Below the pieces are notes generated by a model that saw only the letters and a list, made by a program, of their open reading frames with translations, had not been told where the DNA came from and did no database searches. A stretch of 63,927 bases of DNA, counting the filler, from Hyphochytrium catenoides (Eukaryota > Protista > Hyphochytriomycota): NCBI GenBank assembly GCA_900088475.1. It is 5 parts of 5 records of this genome, joined end to end, with 100 filler letters (N's around TTAATTAATTAA, not from the genome) between each part and the next. Parts side by side here need not be neighbours in the genome. Positions count along the whole stretch, not along the records: positions 1 to 10,045 come from FLMG01003812.1; positions 10,146 to 41,929 come from FLMG01002519.1; 3 more parts are not named here. One strand, given 5' to 3'. How positions within the stretch are numbered: the stretch's first letter is position 1; the number at the start of each line of letters is the position of its first letter. This document shows, in pieces, positions 1 through 10,708 of the stretch. A program made the translations under genes and the position numbers.

Positions 1-633
1 AGAATTTGCAGTTCACCCATTACCCTAGGCAAGAATTGGTTGCCTCGGTTGAAGTCTTACAGGTAGGAAAGGAAAAGGTTTCATCCATCGAAATATTTCG
101 GATCCAAAATATTCTTTTAGGGTTTTGTAGATTGTTTTCGTTCCATAATTTCAAGGTTTATGTTGATTTCGGTTGGAATTAGGGTTTTGGTTGCGCTATT
201 ACTACTTTAGGAAGGAAGGCCTAATGTAATACTTGTAGCTTTAGTCCTTGCCTATTAGTTTGGGGCCTCATGGTCTCTTTCCGGTCAAGAAGGTAGCCCA
301 ACAAGTACATAGACGGCGGCGCCAGAAGGTCACTGAGAGATGAAGACAATGACGAGGAAGAGGATCGCCAGAGATTAGGTCCAAAAGTTAGAGGTATGGC
401 TTTACTATCTCATTTAAAGGGGGTAGCAAGACAGATACCAGAAAAGCAGAGAGAGACTAACTACCGAGGTAGAGAGCATTGCAAGACAGAGAGAAGAAAT
501 ATATCTTGTGCAAGGGTTTGTGGGGGCAAGCACGTAGCACGTGGTAATTCTAAAGAACCACGTACAGAATGGGAAGGGGAGAGAGAAGAAACAGAAAGGG
601 AGAAGGAGAGGGGGGGAGAGAGAGAGAGAGAGA

Positions 634-665
634 NNNNNNNNNNNNNNNNNNNNNNNNNNNNNNNN
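634..665. other. Assembly gap (32 N) at the end of an (AG)n run
   Basis: Run of N directly after a GA microsatellite. Confidence 0.95.
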
Positions 666-940
666 TAAGAGTTGAAGTAGAGAGACAAATGAAGGACCGA
701 CAACACACAAGACAGAGCGAGACATGGTGGGACAATGGACAGGAGACCAGGCGGAAGTGAGAAAGAGACAAAGAGAAGGGACACAGAGAGAGAGAGAGAG
801 AGAGAGAAAGATACACTTTCTCAGGACTCCTTTGTCGAACTTTTTGCTTTCCGAACTTCTCGATGGGTCCTCACGCCATTTTCTACCGCCATCACCGCTG
901 CATGCAGGGCTGCCGGACCTTCTTTTTCCTTCCTCCCACC

Positions 941-984
<44 letters not shown>

Positions 985-1892
985 CTCCTTCTCTCTCTCT
1001 TCTCTCTCTCTCTGTGTGTTCTCTTTTCATGACGAGGATGGAGGTGGAAGGAAGAGTCGAGGTGCTTGCAGTATGTGCGCCTTGCTCTGCGACCTACGCT
1101 GTTCCCGTTCTCTTCAAGTCCTCCCCAGCATCATCCTTGGAAGCTTCCAGCCAGGCTCTAAGCACTACATTCTCTCTCTCTCTCTCTCTCTTCGTTCTCT
1201 CTCTCTGTCTCTGTCCTTCTTCCTGTCTCTTCTGCAGGAGAGTTCAATCTACCGCTTACCCAGCTCGCCTCTATTGGCTCTTGTCTCGCAGCCTGGGGCT
1301 CAACTCAAAATTACTTCGTCTTGCCAGTGCTTCTCTCCTTGCTTCCTCAGCTCTTTTCTCTCCATCGTTTCTCTCTTTCTTCTCTCCCTTGGTCAGAGCT
1401 CAGGCGACTCTCTTCTCTCGATTCCTTTCTATGGATGGCCAGTCATAGTATCAGAAGCTGACTGACAGCCGAGGCTTGCTCTTGCAATCTGCAGCCTCTT
1501 CTTGCCATGAGCTCTCTTTCTTCAGATTCTCAAAGTTATTGCTTATCTCTCTTGCTTGCTTGTCCCTCTGGTTCCTGTACTTAGAGGACGAACTAGCAGG
1601 GAGCGCCAAGCTTTATTGAGCATTTTTTTCTCGGCTCCTTTGTCCAGCACACTCTCTCTTTCTCTCTTGTCTCTTTCTCTCTCTCTCTCTTTCCCTCTCT
1701 CTCTCTCTCTTCTCTGCGCTCCTCCACCATAATCCCCTTCAGCCAAGCGCTATGTTTGCCCCGTCATTGGAGTCGATAACTCTACGAGCACAAGGAGGTA
1801 AATGACTCTTTCACATTTTGACTCGCGCTTCCTATTGAGGTGACTGACCGACTCTCTCTCTCTCTCTGTCTCTCTCTCTCTCTCTCTCTGTG

Positions 1893-1936
<44 letters not shown>

Positions 1937-1959
1937 CCCACATAGGCGATCGATCTCCT

Positions 1960-3561
1960 ATGTATAGCCGAGATCGCACTCTGTCCTCCAGCTCCATCGA
2001 AGACATCACAGAGATTGACTTTACCTCTCCCAGCTTCAAAGACAGCTGCTTCTCAGACTCAGACTTCCCGCCTCTTGATCTCTCCGTCGGCTTCGTCCCC
2101 GAAGAACGAGCAGAGCTTCAGAATAAACTGAAGCTTCCTCCGATAGAAGAGAGAGACATCTCAGACGAAGACTATCCATTGTGGAAGCTTGCAGCTGTCA
2201 CTTCCACGTGGATCGGCATTCAATGTCTTTGGACGACGGAGTTCTCTGTCACGGCGCTTTACATGGAATACTTAGGCATGCCGCAGCATTATGCAGTCCT
2301 TACCTGGATCTGGGGCCCGATCACGGGCTTTGTCGTGGCTCCAACGATCGGTGCGGCGTCTGACAGATGTGAGAGCCGCTTCGGGAGGAGAAGACCGTTC
2401 CTCGTGATCGGCCTTATCCTTATGATTCTCTTCTCTACCTTGTTCGCCCTGGCAGAGCACATCTTCAAAGGCTTTGGAGAGAGGAACTTGATGTCGCAAT
2501 ACTTTGCGCTGTTAATGTTTATCGGCATGGATTCGACGATCAACGTTATGCAGACGCCTCTTAGAGCTTTTCTATCGGACTTGACGTCCTCTCGGCAACA
2601 AGCTGTAGGCCAGCTGATGGCAGCGGGCTTTCAAGGCGTTGGAGGCCTTGTAGGGGCACTGATCATGCTTCCCTTCGCTAAACACAAGGCAGAGAACGTC
2701 CTTCCAGTGGTTGCCTTGGCTTCAGGAGTGAACATTGTCCTCATCACTCTGGCATGTTGCTTTGGGAAAGAGCAAGTGTATAGGAGACCGGAGTACCTCC
2801 GTCGGCCCGGCATCTTGGAGCCTTTCAAACAAGTCTTCTGCGCTGTGCGATACATGCCTCGCTCTCTCTTTCTCATCACCATCGTGCAGTTCTTCTCCTG
2901 GATAGGGCTCTTCTGCATCTATCCATTCAAGTCTTCGTGGTGGGGACAGATCGCCTACAAGGGCTGCTTGGACTGCAATGACCCTCAGGGAGAGGAAAGG
3001 AGGAGAGAAGGAGAGTATACGAATGACGTGATAGAGGCTGTGGCTAATGCGGGGCAAGTCGTCGTGGGTATGGCGCTGGCTTTGCTGCTAAACAGACAGG
3101 TGAACTTCCAGATCAAGTTCCTCTACTCAGGGATGATCTTCATTGGCGCGGTAGCGTTCTATTTTGTCAGCGCCGCGTCTTCGGCGGTCTTTGTGGGGAT
3201 GATAGCCTTCTCTCTTCTCTGCATCCCCAACGCAGCGATCAACTCCTTTCCGTTTGCCCTGGTAGGGAGCTACAATCGTGCGCAAACGGAGAAAGAGAAC
3301 GATACAGGCGTCCAGATGGGCGTGCTGAATCTCTTCATCGTCCTTCCGCAGGTTATTATCACTGTCACTTCCTCCGTAATCCTTGCAGCAAAGCATGGAG
3401 AGAAGCTGATGGTCATAGTAGCTATTTCTTGGACTATCGCAGCGATTGCAGCGTTGTTCGTCCAGGATCGCTTCCAGAACGACTCCATGGCAAAGTTAGA
3501 GACCAACAGAGAGTCTATGCAGTCGGACTTGAGGTCCAGGGTAGTGCTTACACCTGTATAG
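1960..3561 (+). CDS. Sucrose/H+ symporter-like MFS transporter (SUT/SUC/SLC45 family), 533 aa, intronless CDS
   Basis: ATG at 1960; the ORF-track extension upstream is CT microsatellite, probably a 5'UTR intron ending CATAG at 1945. Family motifs WIWGPITGFVVAPTIGAASDRCESRFGRRRPF, QTPLRAFLSD, FFSWIGLF and GVQMGVLNLFIVLPQ; about 12 hydrophobic segments. Confidence 0.92.
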   Translation: MYSRDRTLSSSSIEDITEIDFTSPSFKDSCFSDSDFPPLDLSVGFVPEERAELQNKLKLPPIEERDISDEDYPLWKLAAVTSTWIGIQCLWTTEFSVTALYMEYLGMPQHYAVLTWIWGPITGFVVAPTIGAASDRCESRFGRRRPFLVIGLILMILFSTLFALAEHIFKGFGERNLMSQYFALLMFIGMDSTINVMQTPLRAFLSDLTSSRQQAVGQLMAAGFQGVGGLVGALIMLPFAKHKAENVLPVVALASGVNIVLITLACCFGKEQVYRRPEYLRRPGILEPFKQVFCAVRYMPRSLFLITIVQFFSWIGLFCIYPFKSSWWGQIAYKGCLDCNDPQGEERRREGEYTNDVIEAVANAGQVVVGMALALLLNRQVNFQIKFLYSGMIFIGAVAFYFVSAASSAVFVGMIAFSLLCIPNAAINSFPFALVGSYNRAQTEKENDTGVQMGVLNLFIVLPQVIITVTSSVILAAKHGEKLMVIVAISWTIAAIAALFVQDRFQNDSMAKLETNRESMQSDLRSRVVLTPV

Positions 3562-4663
3562 ACCCAGGCTGGCACGAGGAAGGACAGAGATCGAATCGCA
3601 TCAAACTCTGGGGTATGACCCTTACCTCTGTCACTCTTGCGTGAGCAAGCTTTGTATCAAGAGTGCTACGCCTGCTGGACTCTGTTGGAGACTGGGTCGT
3701 CCACCGGAAGGGCAAGCATTCTTACGCTTGAGAGATGTCACTCTTTCTCTATTATTTACGCTGCCACCCATTCCAGGGGCGTCAAGCCCTACTATTTATG
3801 TTGCTCACAGCAGCTGAGAGCAGACATTAGCGCTGTTCTCTCGCATCAGACCCTGTGGACACTTCTTTTAACTCCGCTCTTTCTCTTTCATCTCACTTTT
3901 CTTCGCTATCCTTCTTCTCCCCCTCTCTCACATACAATTCTCTAACTCGTGTGGGACTCTCTCTGCGTTGTTGTCTATTGATTGTACGCTAGCACGGGGC
4001 ACGATGATCACCTGATCTCCCCTCTTTATGATATTTATGATTTGAAAAGACATCACCATCATGCTGCACACCTGTATCGAGTTCATGAATGCGCTTATCA
4101 TTGTTTTCCCGCTATTGATGACGACTAAGGAGGCTATGAAAGAGAAGAGATGGTGAATGATTGGGCCTCTAACAACTAGAGAACAAAGAGCGATAGGCAA
4201 GCAAGAAGACCAAGAGCGCCAAGCCAGGAGAGAGAGCGGGAGATAGACTGGTTACTTTTCAAAGTCATAAGAAGCGAGAAAGAGAGTAAGGAGCTAGCTA
4301 GCTGAGGGAGACAGCATGCCCGAGACAATGCGCTGCGCTACGTTCTTCCTGAAGCCAGGGAAAGCCTCTGCACACAGACTAGCCTACTATGAGGAGAAGC
4401 AACGAACAGACTGAAAAGTAATAATAAGCTATTTTCTATCATTCAGGGTTTATAAGTAAAGAAGCTCATAGTTGAGATGGAGGAGAGTTCATCCTAGCCT
4501 TTGCCCCCGCTCACGTTCTTCGGTCTCTCCCAATTATTATCCCTGCCTCCTAGTAGAGTATGGCACAGATGAAAATGGAACGCATGTCAGGATGTGAAAG
4601 AAGATGAAGACAGCAACGAAGAAACAGGCTCCAAAGACCCAGCTCCATCGTCTCCATGCTTGA

Positions 4664-6043
4664 TTATTTCTCTGACTTTAGCCCTAGATACCCATCCAAN
4701 NNNNNNNNNNNNNNNNNNNNNNNNNNNNNNNNNNNNNNNNNNNNNNNNNNNNNNNNNNNNNNNNNNNNNNNNNNCATCGTGACCGTGGAGAGAATACCGT
4801 TAGTGAGACCCACAAGGAAGTTGCAGAACACCTCCCAACAGAGTGCCGCCGCAGCGGCGCCACCAAAGACGAAGATATCGCTATTCTGCATGCCAAGAAG
4901 GAGACCAGGCAGGAAGACAAGCCGCAGCACCGAAAGCGCAAAGCTCCTCTTCATGGTCAGCAAATGATAGATCGTGTTTCCGGAGATCAGTCTACCGATA
5001 AGGTCTCCATAGTTGTAGGAACCAATGATGCCCGGAGAGCAATACCACTTCCCAGCCACGGCCTCTTTGTCAAGGATGGTGCCAGCGGAACAGCCAATGC
5101 CAGGGAACACAGCCAGAGAGACGAAGAAGACCAAGAACTGGGTGACGAGCGGAATGGCGATAATCTTAGAGATTCTCCAGAGATCTGCACAGCGCCTTAG
5201 TGGGCTTTCCAGATGCTGATTGCCTTGAGCACATGCCAGCTCATTCTTCTCCATAAAGTAACGGACTGAAGGACGCTTGATCATCGTGAAATAGAGATAG
5301 AGGGCGCTCATGCACACGAGCAGCAGGATGGCAAAGAAGATGTAGAAGCTCTGTCTCTCACTGCTTGAGGTCTGTTTGGGACCGCCTACGATAAGCCTGA
5401 TCACTGTGAGAAGCGTCACATTTATCACACCCGAGGTCCCGTTGCCAATCTGAACAGCATTCGTGAACGACTTGATAGGAAACAGCGCCGCTAGTCCATA
5501 GTACACGCCCTCTGTTAGAGAGTTAGCAAAGCCGATAACTCCGAAGCAGACCAAGACAATGACGGCGCCAGTGTGAGAAGACAGTCCCAGGAAGTCTTGG
5601 GCCATGATCAGCAGCGCGCAGATCATGAAGACGACATAGCCCGCCACAATTCTGCGGGTGATGCCCAACTTCTTGTCAAGGCCAAAGAAGATCTGCAATA
5701 AATGGCCAAGAACCATGGGCCAGGCTGTAACTAGCGTGGTCAGGAAAGAAAAGTCAAGGTCAACATCTGCAAACTTGTTCTGATAGTAAGCTTGGGCGGA
5801 GAGACAAGAGTAGTACGCCCAGAGTACAGAGCCGTTGAGGAAGAGGAAAGAGGCCCAGATGAAGCGATAAGAGTCTTCTTGCATGTCCTTCATGATCTCT
5901 TCAGGAACGTGCTCATCGAGAAAAGCGTCGCTGCTATCATTTTCAGGGATATAAAGCTTTGCTTCATAGCCAAAGCTCCCATTATTGGAAGGCCTCTTCT
6001 CCGCCGAAGGAGACGGCGCTTGTTTGTAAGCAGGAGGGTTCAT
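4664..6043 (-). CDS. Equilibrative nucleoside transporter (ENT/SLC29 family); C-terminal part interrupted by the N gap
   Basis: ATG at 6043 (MNPPAY). ENT-like motifs FLFLNGSVLWAY, YGLAALFP..FTNAVQIGNGTSG, VFFVSLAVFPGI, YNYGDLIGR, LRLVFLP and VGLTNGILST. The stop position after the gap is uncertain. Confidence 0.9.
   Translation of the reverse strand: MNPPAYKQAPSPSAEKRPSNNGSFGYEAKLYIPENDSSDAFLDEHVPEEIMKDMQEDSYRFIWASFLFLNGSVLWAYYSCLSAQAYYQNKFADVDLDFSFLTTLVTAWPMVLGHLLQIFFGLDKKLGITRRIVAGYVVFMICALLIMAQDFLGLSSHTGAVIVLVCFGVIGFANSLTEGVYYGLAALFPIKSFTNAVQIGNGTSGVINVTLLTVIRLIVGGPKQTSSSERQSFYIFFAILLLVCMSALYLYFTMIKRPSVRYFMEKNELACAQGNQHLESPLRRCADLWRISKIIAIPLVTQFLVFFVSLAVFPGIGCSAGTILDKEAVAGKWYCSPGIIGSYNYGDLIGRLISGNTIYHLLTMKRSFALSVLRLVFLPGLLLGMQNSDIFVFGGAAAAALCWEVFCNFLVGLTNGILSTVTMXXXXXXXXXXXXXXXXXXXXXXXXXLDGYLGLKSEK
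4700..4774. other. Assembly gap (75 N) inside the ENT gene
   Basis: Run of N. Confidence 0.95.
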
Positions 6044-6479
6044 CGCGAAGATAGAAGAGATGAGCTCACTGCAGCAAGGTGAAATAAGAGAGAGACAGTA
6101 AGAGAAGAGTTGGAAGTCTGGAGACGTCAATGAGAATCAATGTCCCTTTCGAAAAAAGAGAAAGACACAGAGAGAGAGAGAGACACACAAGAAAGTTGCT
6201 TTGCTGCTTTTCTATTCAGCGTGTCTCTGTGCCGATATTCCTGCTGATGCGCGCGGCAGAGAAATTTCTCAAATGGCGGGACTCTACATTGTTTTTCTGA
6301 TCAGCGGAGGACATAGTGCTATAAAATATAGAAATTTTCCTCTTCCTCTCTCCTCTTCTCTTCTCTTGCTTCTTCTCCCTCACCACGGCTTTGCTCGGTT
6401 AGGAAGAGTCTTAGAAGATGGGCCATGTCCTCGTTCATCAACGCTGTCTGGTTCTTTCTTGGAACCTTTCTCTCACAAC

Positions 6480-6521
<42 letters not shown>

Positions 6522-6769
6522 CTCCCTCTCCTCTCCCGATCACTCACTTCTCCCTTATCACCTTGTTTCCCTTCCGCCTCATGAGCAGCGACAGATGGCG
6601 TGTCCAGCCATAGTTTCCGCATCTTTGAAGAACAAATGCCCGGTAAGCATCATCATTGCTCTCTCATGTCTCTCTCTCTCTTCTCTTTCTCTTTCTCTTG
6701 TTGCATCGTCCCAAGTGATGATGTGGTCGGACGCTGGAAAAAAGCTGCACGTTGATCAATGGAAAGAGA

Positions 6770-6780
6770 AAAAACAAAAA

Positions 6781-6818
<38 letters not shown>

Positions 6819-6825
6819 AAGAGAA

Positions 6826-6890
<65 letters not shown>
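6770..6890. repeat. (GA)n/GAAA compound microsatellite (one example of many in the window)
   Basis: Direct inspection. Similar tracts at 944-1012, 1852-1932, 10530-10705, 11920-12050, 26160-26226, 50866-50930 and elsewhere. Confidence 0.95.
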
Positions 6891-6892
<2 letters not shown>

Positions 6893-9408
6893 TCACTGGT
6901 CGAACCTCTCAGCCACTCAAATCGACAATCACACTCATGGAGAAAATCTACTGTGCGGCCTCTGGCTGAAGAGGAAGAGAGAGAGAGAGAAAAATGGCGA
7001 AGAAGTGAGCTGAGAAGCTAAAGGTAACAAGACATGGAGGAAGTGAGACAGAGAAAAGGTTCACAAAGACAGAGGAAGGAGAGATACAGAATAAAACCTT
7101 CCACACTCACAGCAAAATCCTCCTTGGTTGTGGAATCTTTATTGAGACACCTTTTGCTTGAGTCCGAGAACAAGAAGCCACCTCTAATAACAGGAGAATT
7201 GGGTCTAAGATTTAGGTTTAGAACACAGCTCGATAGAGAATGATCTCAAAGGCTTATTATTACAAAGTGGGCGAGCGTGGGGCCACCTTATCATAAAAGA
7301 AGGGGGCTGGGTGGGGGAGAGAAGGGTAAGAAATGAAGCATAATTTTCTACCAATAGTAATAGGGTTCATAACAGAAGTCTACTTCTTTACGGGAACCTA
7401 ACCGTATTACTATAAAATTATAAGGGCTGTTTAGAACTGTTTTCCTTCATTGTTCTAAACGTCGCCCCCTAAAACAAAAGCTTGTGCCTGTCTAACCTGC
7501 AGATATTATAAAAGCAGCAGTAAAACCTAAACAAAAGCTTCATAAGCAACAGCAGCGGTTATAAAAGTTGTAATAAGGCCTTAAATCCAGTGCGGCAGAT
7601 GCATTTTTTGGATCTTTCCCAATAATCTTCACCTTTGTTCTCCACTTCCGTGGTTGCTATGCAGCTTCAGGCTCAGTCCAGTGCAGCATGTAGAAGAGGC
7701 CGATGGCTTTTGGCGCTTGAATGGACTTCGTCCTTCTTCAAGAGGTCCACGGGCCATGCTTTTGTGGCCAGTAATGTCTTCCACTCGCTTTCTGGAGGAG
7801 GTGATGAAGACGTGAGTCAGTCACATCGGTGGCAAGGAGGAGGAGGACAATGAGAAGAGGCAGTCCTACTTCAACAGACAGCAAGATGGTCATACTCCAG
7901 CCGTGCTGCTGTTGAGACTTTTGAAGCTCATCACTACTCACAGCCATTCAAATTGTACAGGCACAAAGCATGTCCCGATTATTAGGCCGGTAATATACGT
8001 GGACTCTAACACACTTCCAGCTTGAAAGCCGGCCAAACTGGGAGTCCTTGGCTCGGCTCTATCCCTAACCAATGCAGCTGATGACCACCACCGCCTATAG
8101 AAAGAAGGAGAGCTTCTCGGAGCCAATCATTATCGACGGCGATGATATGGTGGGCGATCCCTTATCAGATGCTGCCTAAGAAGCTTCCTAAGTGAGTGAC
8201 CGATTATTGTTACCTTCACGTTGAAGTTTTTCCTTTTACAAAGCGGTGTCCCTACCTTGCCTTTCTAACGTTCATGAGAAGAACTCTTCCGATCTTGAGC
8301 TGGGAAGGCCACGGAAAGTCACTGCAAACCTGCTGGTAGACCTGGAGGGACGGGAAGGCCAAGGTTGAAATGCGGCGTCTGGCAAAATTGGGCAACCATC
8401 TTAACGCTGACTTACTACCCTTATTATAATGCGGTTGACTTACTCTGGACACTCACTACTCGCGTCCTCTGGGACAATTTTTGATGACAAAGCCATGATC
8501 ATGGTGGACATAAGGGTGCGTGGTACTTTCTGCGCGGTTCTGCTTTGTACCGCTCTGGCGCATGTCACCTTACTATCCCAGGAAAAAAAAAATATGGCGG
8601 CTATTGTCGTCGGCTAGCAACAAACACTATCAGTACAGTACTATCAACAATATGATCCTCGTCACCCTTCTCTAGACTAGAAGAACAGCCGCTGGCATCT
8701 TCTCCGCTGCTGATGGTGGTAGCAGCACATTACTCGACTATAATAGCAGACTAGTTTTTGTAGGTAGTAGAGACGAGAACATGGTCTGCCCTAAGAAGTT
8801 AGCTTACAAACTCAAGCTCTGCTGCCAGCATACATGAACGCGACCGACCACCGCGTTGTTGATTGATGAGATTATACTCAGAAATATCAAAGAAGAACGA
8901 GAGAGCTCCAACGAGAGAGATGCTGGAAGAACTTGGACTGTTCTGATCTCTTAGAGCAACAGTAGTATCAGAAGAAAGATGATGGCTGTTGACGTCTACT
9001 AATAGAAGAAAAGGGAAGGACCTCGCTGTGCTAACAACAACAAGAAGCGAGAATGTTTGAATAACATCAGTGTAGGCTTTCTCCGTTGCTCACCTCCACT
9101 TGCAGCTTGCAGCCGACCTACCTCGCAGCAGAAGAGGAGGAAGAAAGAGAAGCTGCTTATGGAAGTTTTTTCATGTGAATTATTGTACCAGTTCTTGTGG
9201 TGGTGATGGTGGTCGGCTGCTGCACATGCTGCCTGCTGCTGGGCAGCAGTAGTAGAAGAGAAAGAGATAGATGAACGAATTAAGGAAAAAGGACCATCAA
9301 AGACCGTCCAATCGATAGACAACAGCCCTTGATGAGCAGCAGCTGCGTTCCCTCGCCCTGCTGCCCCTCGTCCTCCTCCTCTCTACCTCTTCCCCCTCAC
9401 TACCTCTT

Positions 9409-9615
9409 CCTCCTCGCTCTTCTTCTTCCTCCTCGCTCTTCTTCTTCTTCCTCCTCGCTCTTTTCTTCCTCCTCGCTCTTCTTCTTCCTCCTCGCTCTTC
9501 TTCTTCTTCCTCCTCGCTCTTTTCTTTCTCCTCGCTCTTCTTCTTCTTCCTCCTCGCTCTTTTCTTTCTCCTCGCTCTTCTTCTTCCTCCTCGCTCTTCT
9601 TCTTCCTCCTCGCTC
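9409..9615. repeat. Minisatellite, 11 copies of CCTCCTCGCTCTTCTTCTT(CTT), unit 18/19/22 bp
   Basis: Core CCTCGCTC at 9412, 9431, 9453, 9471, 9490, 9512, 9530, 9552, 9570, 9589 and 9608. Confidence 0.9.
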
Positions 9616-10045
9616 ATCATCGTGATATTCTTCTTCTTCTGCGTGCTTTCCACGTTTATTTTAATTATAAGAATACTAGCCATGTCCCTAAAAGAAGAAT
9701 AAAGACTCCAAAGGATACATGGGGTGATTGGAATCGCCGAATCTAATGACATAAAGTGCGAAACTAGCAATTTTATTCTCGGTATGAGCTGCGTTGGCTG
9801 GTTCTGAGGTGTGTCCGATCTACTGAATGAAAGCTTTTATAGAGATTCTGAAGCTCTTCTGAGACTGGCGCTGCGGCGCGCCTTCATGGTCCTTGTCTCT
9901 GGCATCATCATCGCTCCTCGGGTCTGGCAGTCTCGCTGGGATAGCCTCTAATCTGACCATCATCATCGCTGTGTCTGCCACGCTCACTTTTGAGGGAGTT
10001 CATGCTCCTTTTGGAGGCTGCATAATAAGGGAACGAGAGGTGCTT

Positions 10046-10145
10046 NNNNNNNNNNNNNNNNNNNNNNNNNNNNNNNNNNNNNNNNNNNNTTAATTAATTA
10101 ANNNNNNNNNNNNNNNNNNNNNNNNNNNNNNNNNNNNNNNNNNNN
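10046..10145. other. Artificial contig linker 44N-TTAATTAATTAA-44N
   Basis: Exactly 100 bp; the 12-mer puts stop codons in all six frames; four identical copies in the window. Confidence 0.97.
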
Positions 10146-10662
10146 TTTCCGCTGGCGGCGCACATTCGCTTGCCATCACAGGTGGGAGATGTTTGCCTCT
10201 CTGCCTTTCTTGCCCTTTCCTCTCTTCCCATTCTCTCTTTCTCGGTTCTCTCCACTTCTCTGGCCCTCTTTCGCCCAGTTTTTTCTTCTCTCAGTAGCAC
10301 AGCCTGTGTGGTCTCTGGCTGACACGCTCTCCAACCTTTGTAAGGCGAGAGCTCTGACAGGACTGCTGTGTATATCTGGGGAGATAATCGATACGGGTGA
10401 GAATGACTGCTCTGGCTCTACTCTTTGTTCTCTCATTTACTATGTCTCTCTTCTCCTTAGCTCTCGTCCGCGAACACACCCTCTCTCTTCCTATGTCTCC
10501 ATCTGTCTTGGGTGGCCCTTTTTCTTCCTTTTTCTCTCTCTCTCTCTGTCTCTCTCTGTGTCTCTCTCTCCGTCTCTCACTCTGTCTCTGTCTCTCTCTG
10601 TCTCTCTCTCTGTCTCCCTCTCTGTCTCTCTCTCTCTGTCTCTCTCTCCCTCTTTCTCTGTG

Positions 10663-10708
<46 letters not shown>

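Noticed and set aside
110-190. TTTAGGG/TTAGGG telomere-like words
   Set aside because: Two isolated copies, not a tandem array.
724-1750. Long Leu/Ser- or Glu/Arg-rich ORFs (e.g. 735-1448, 863-1465)
   Set aside because: Open only because CT/AG microsatellites lack stops; no motif or coherent exon chain found.
9409-9615. CRISPR-like repeat array
   Set aside because: No unique spacers, no cas genes, eukaryotic context.
9297-9770. 157-aa basic/acidic protamine-like ORF
   Set aside because: Translation of the 18/19/22-bp minisatellite; units shift frame and the start is non-ATG.
10090-10101. Recurrent TTAATTAATTAA palindrome as a regulatory or recombination site
   Set aside because: Always centred between 44 N on each side; it is a synthetic linker.
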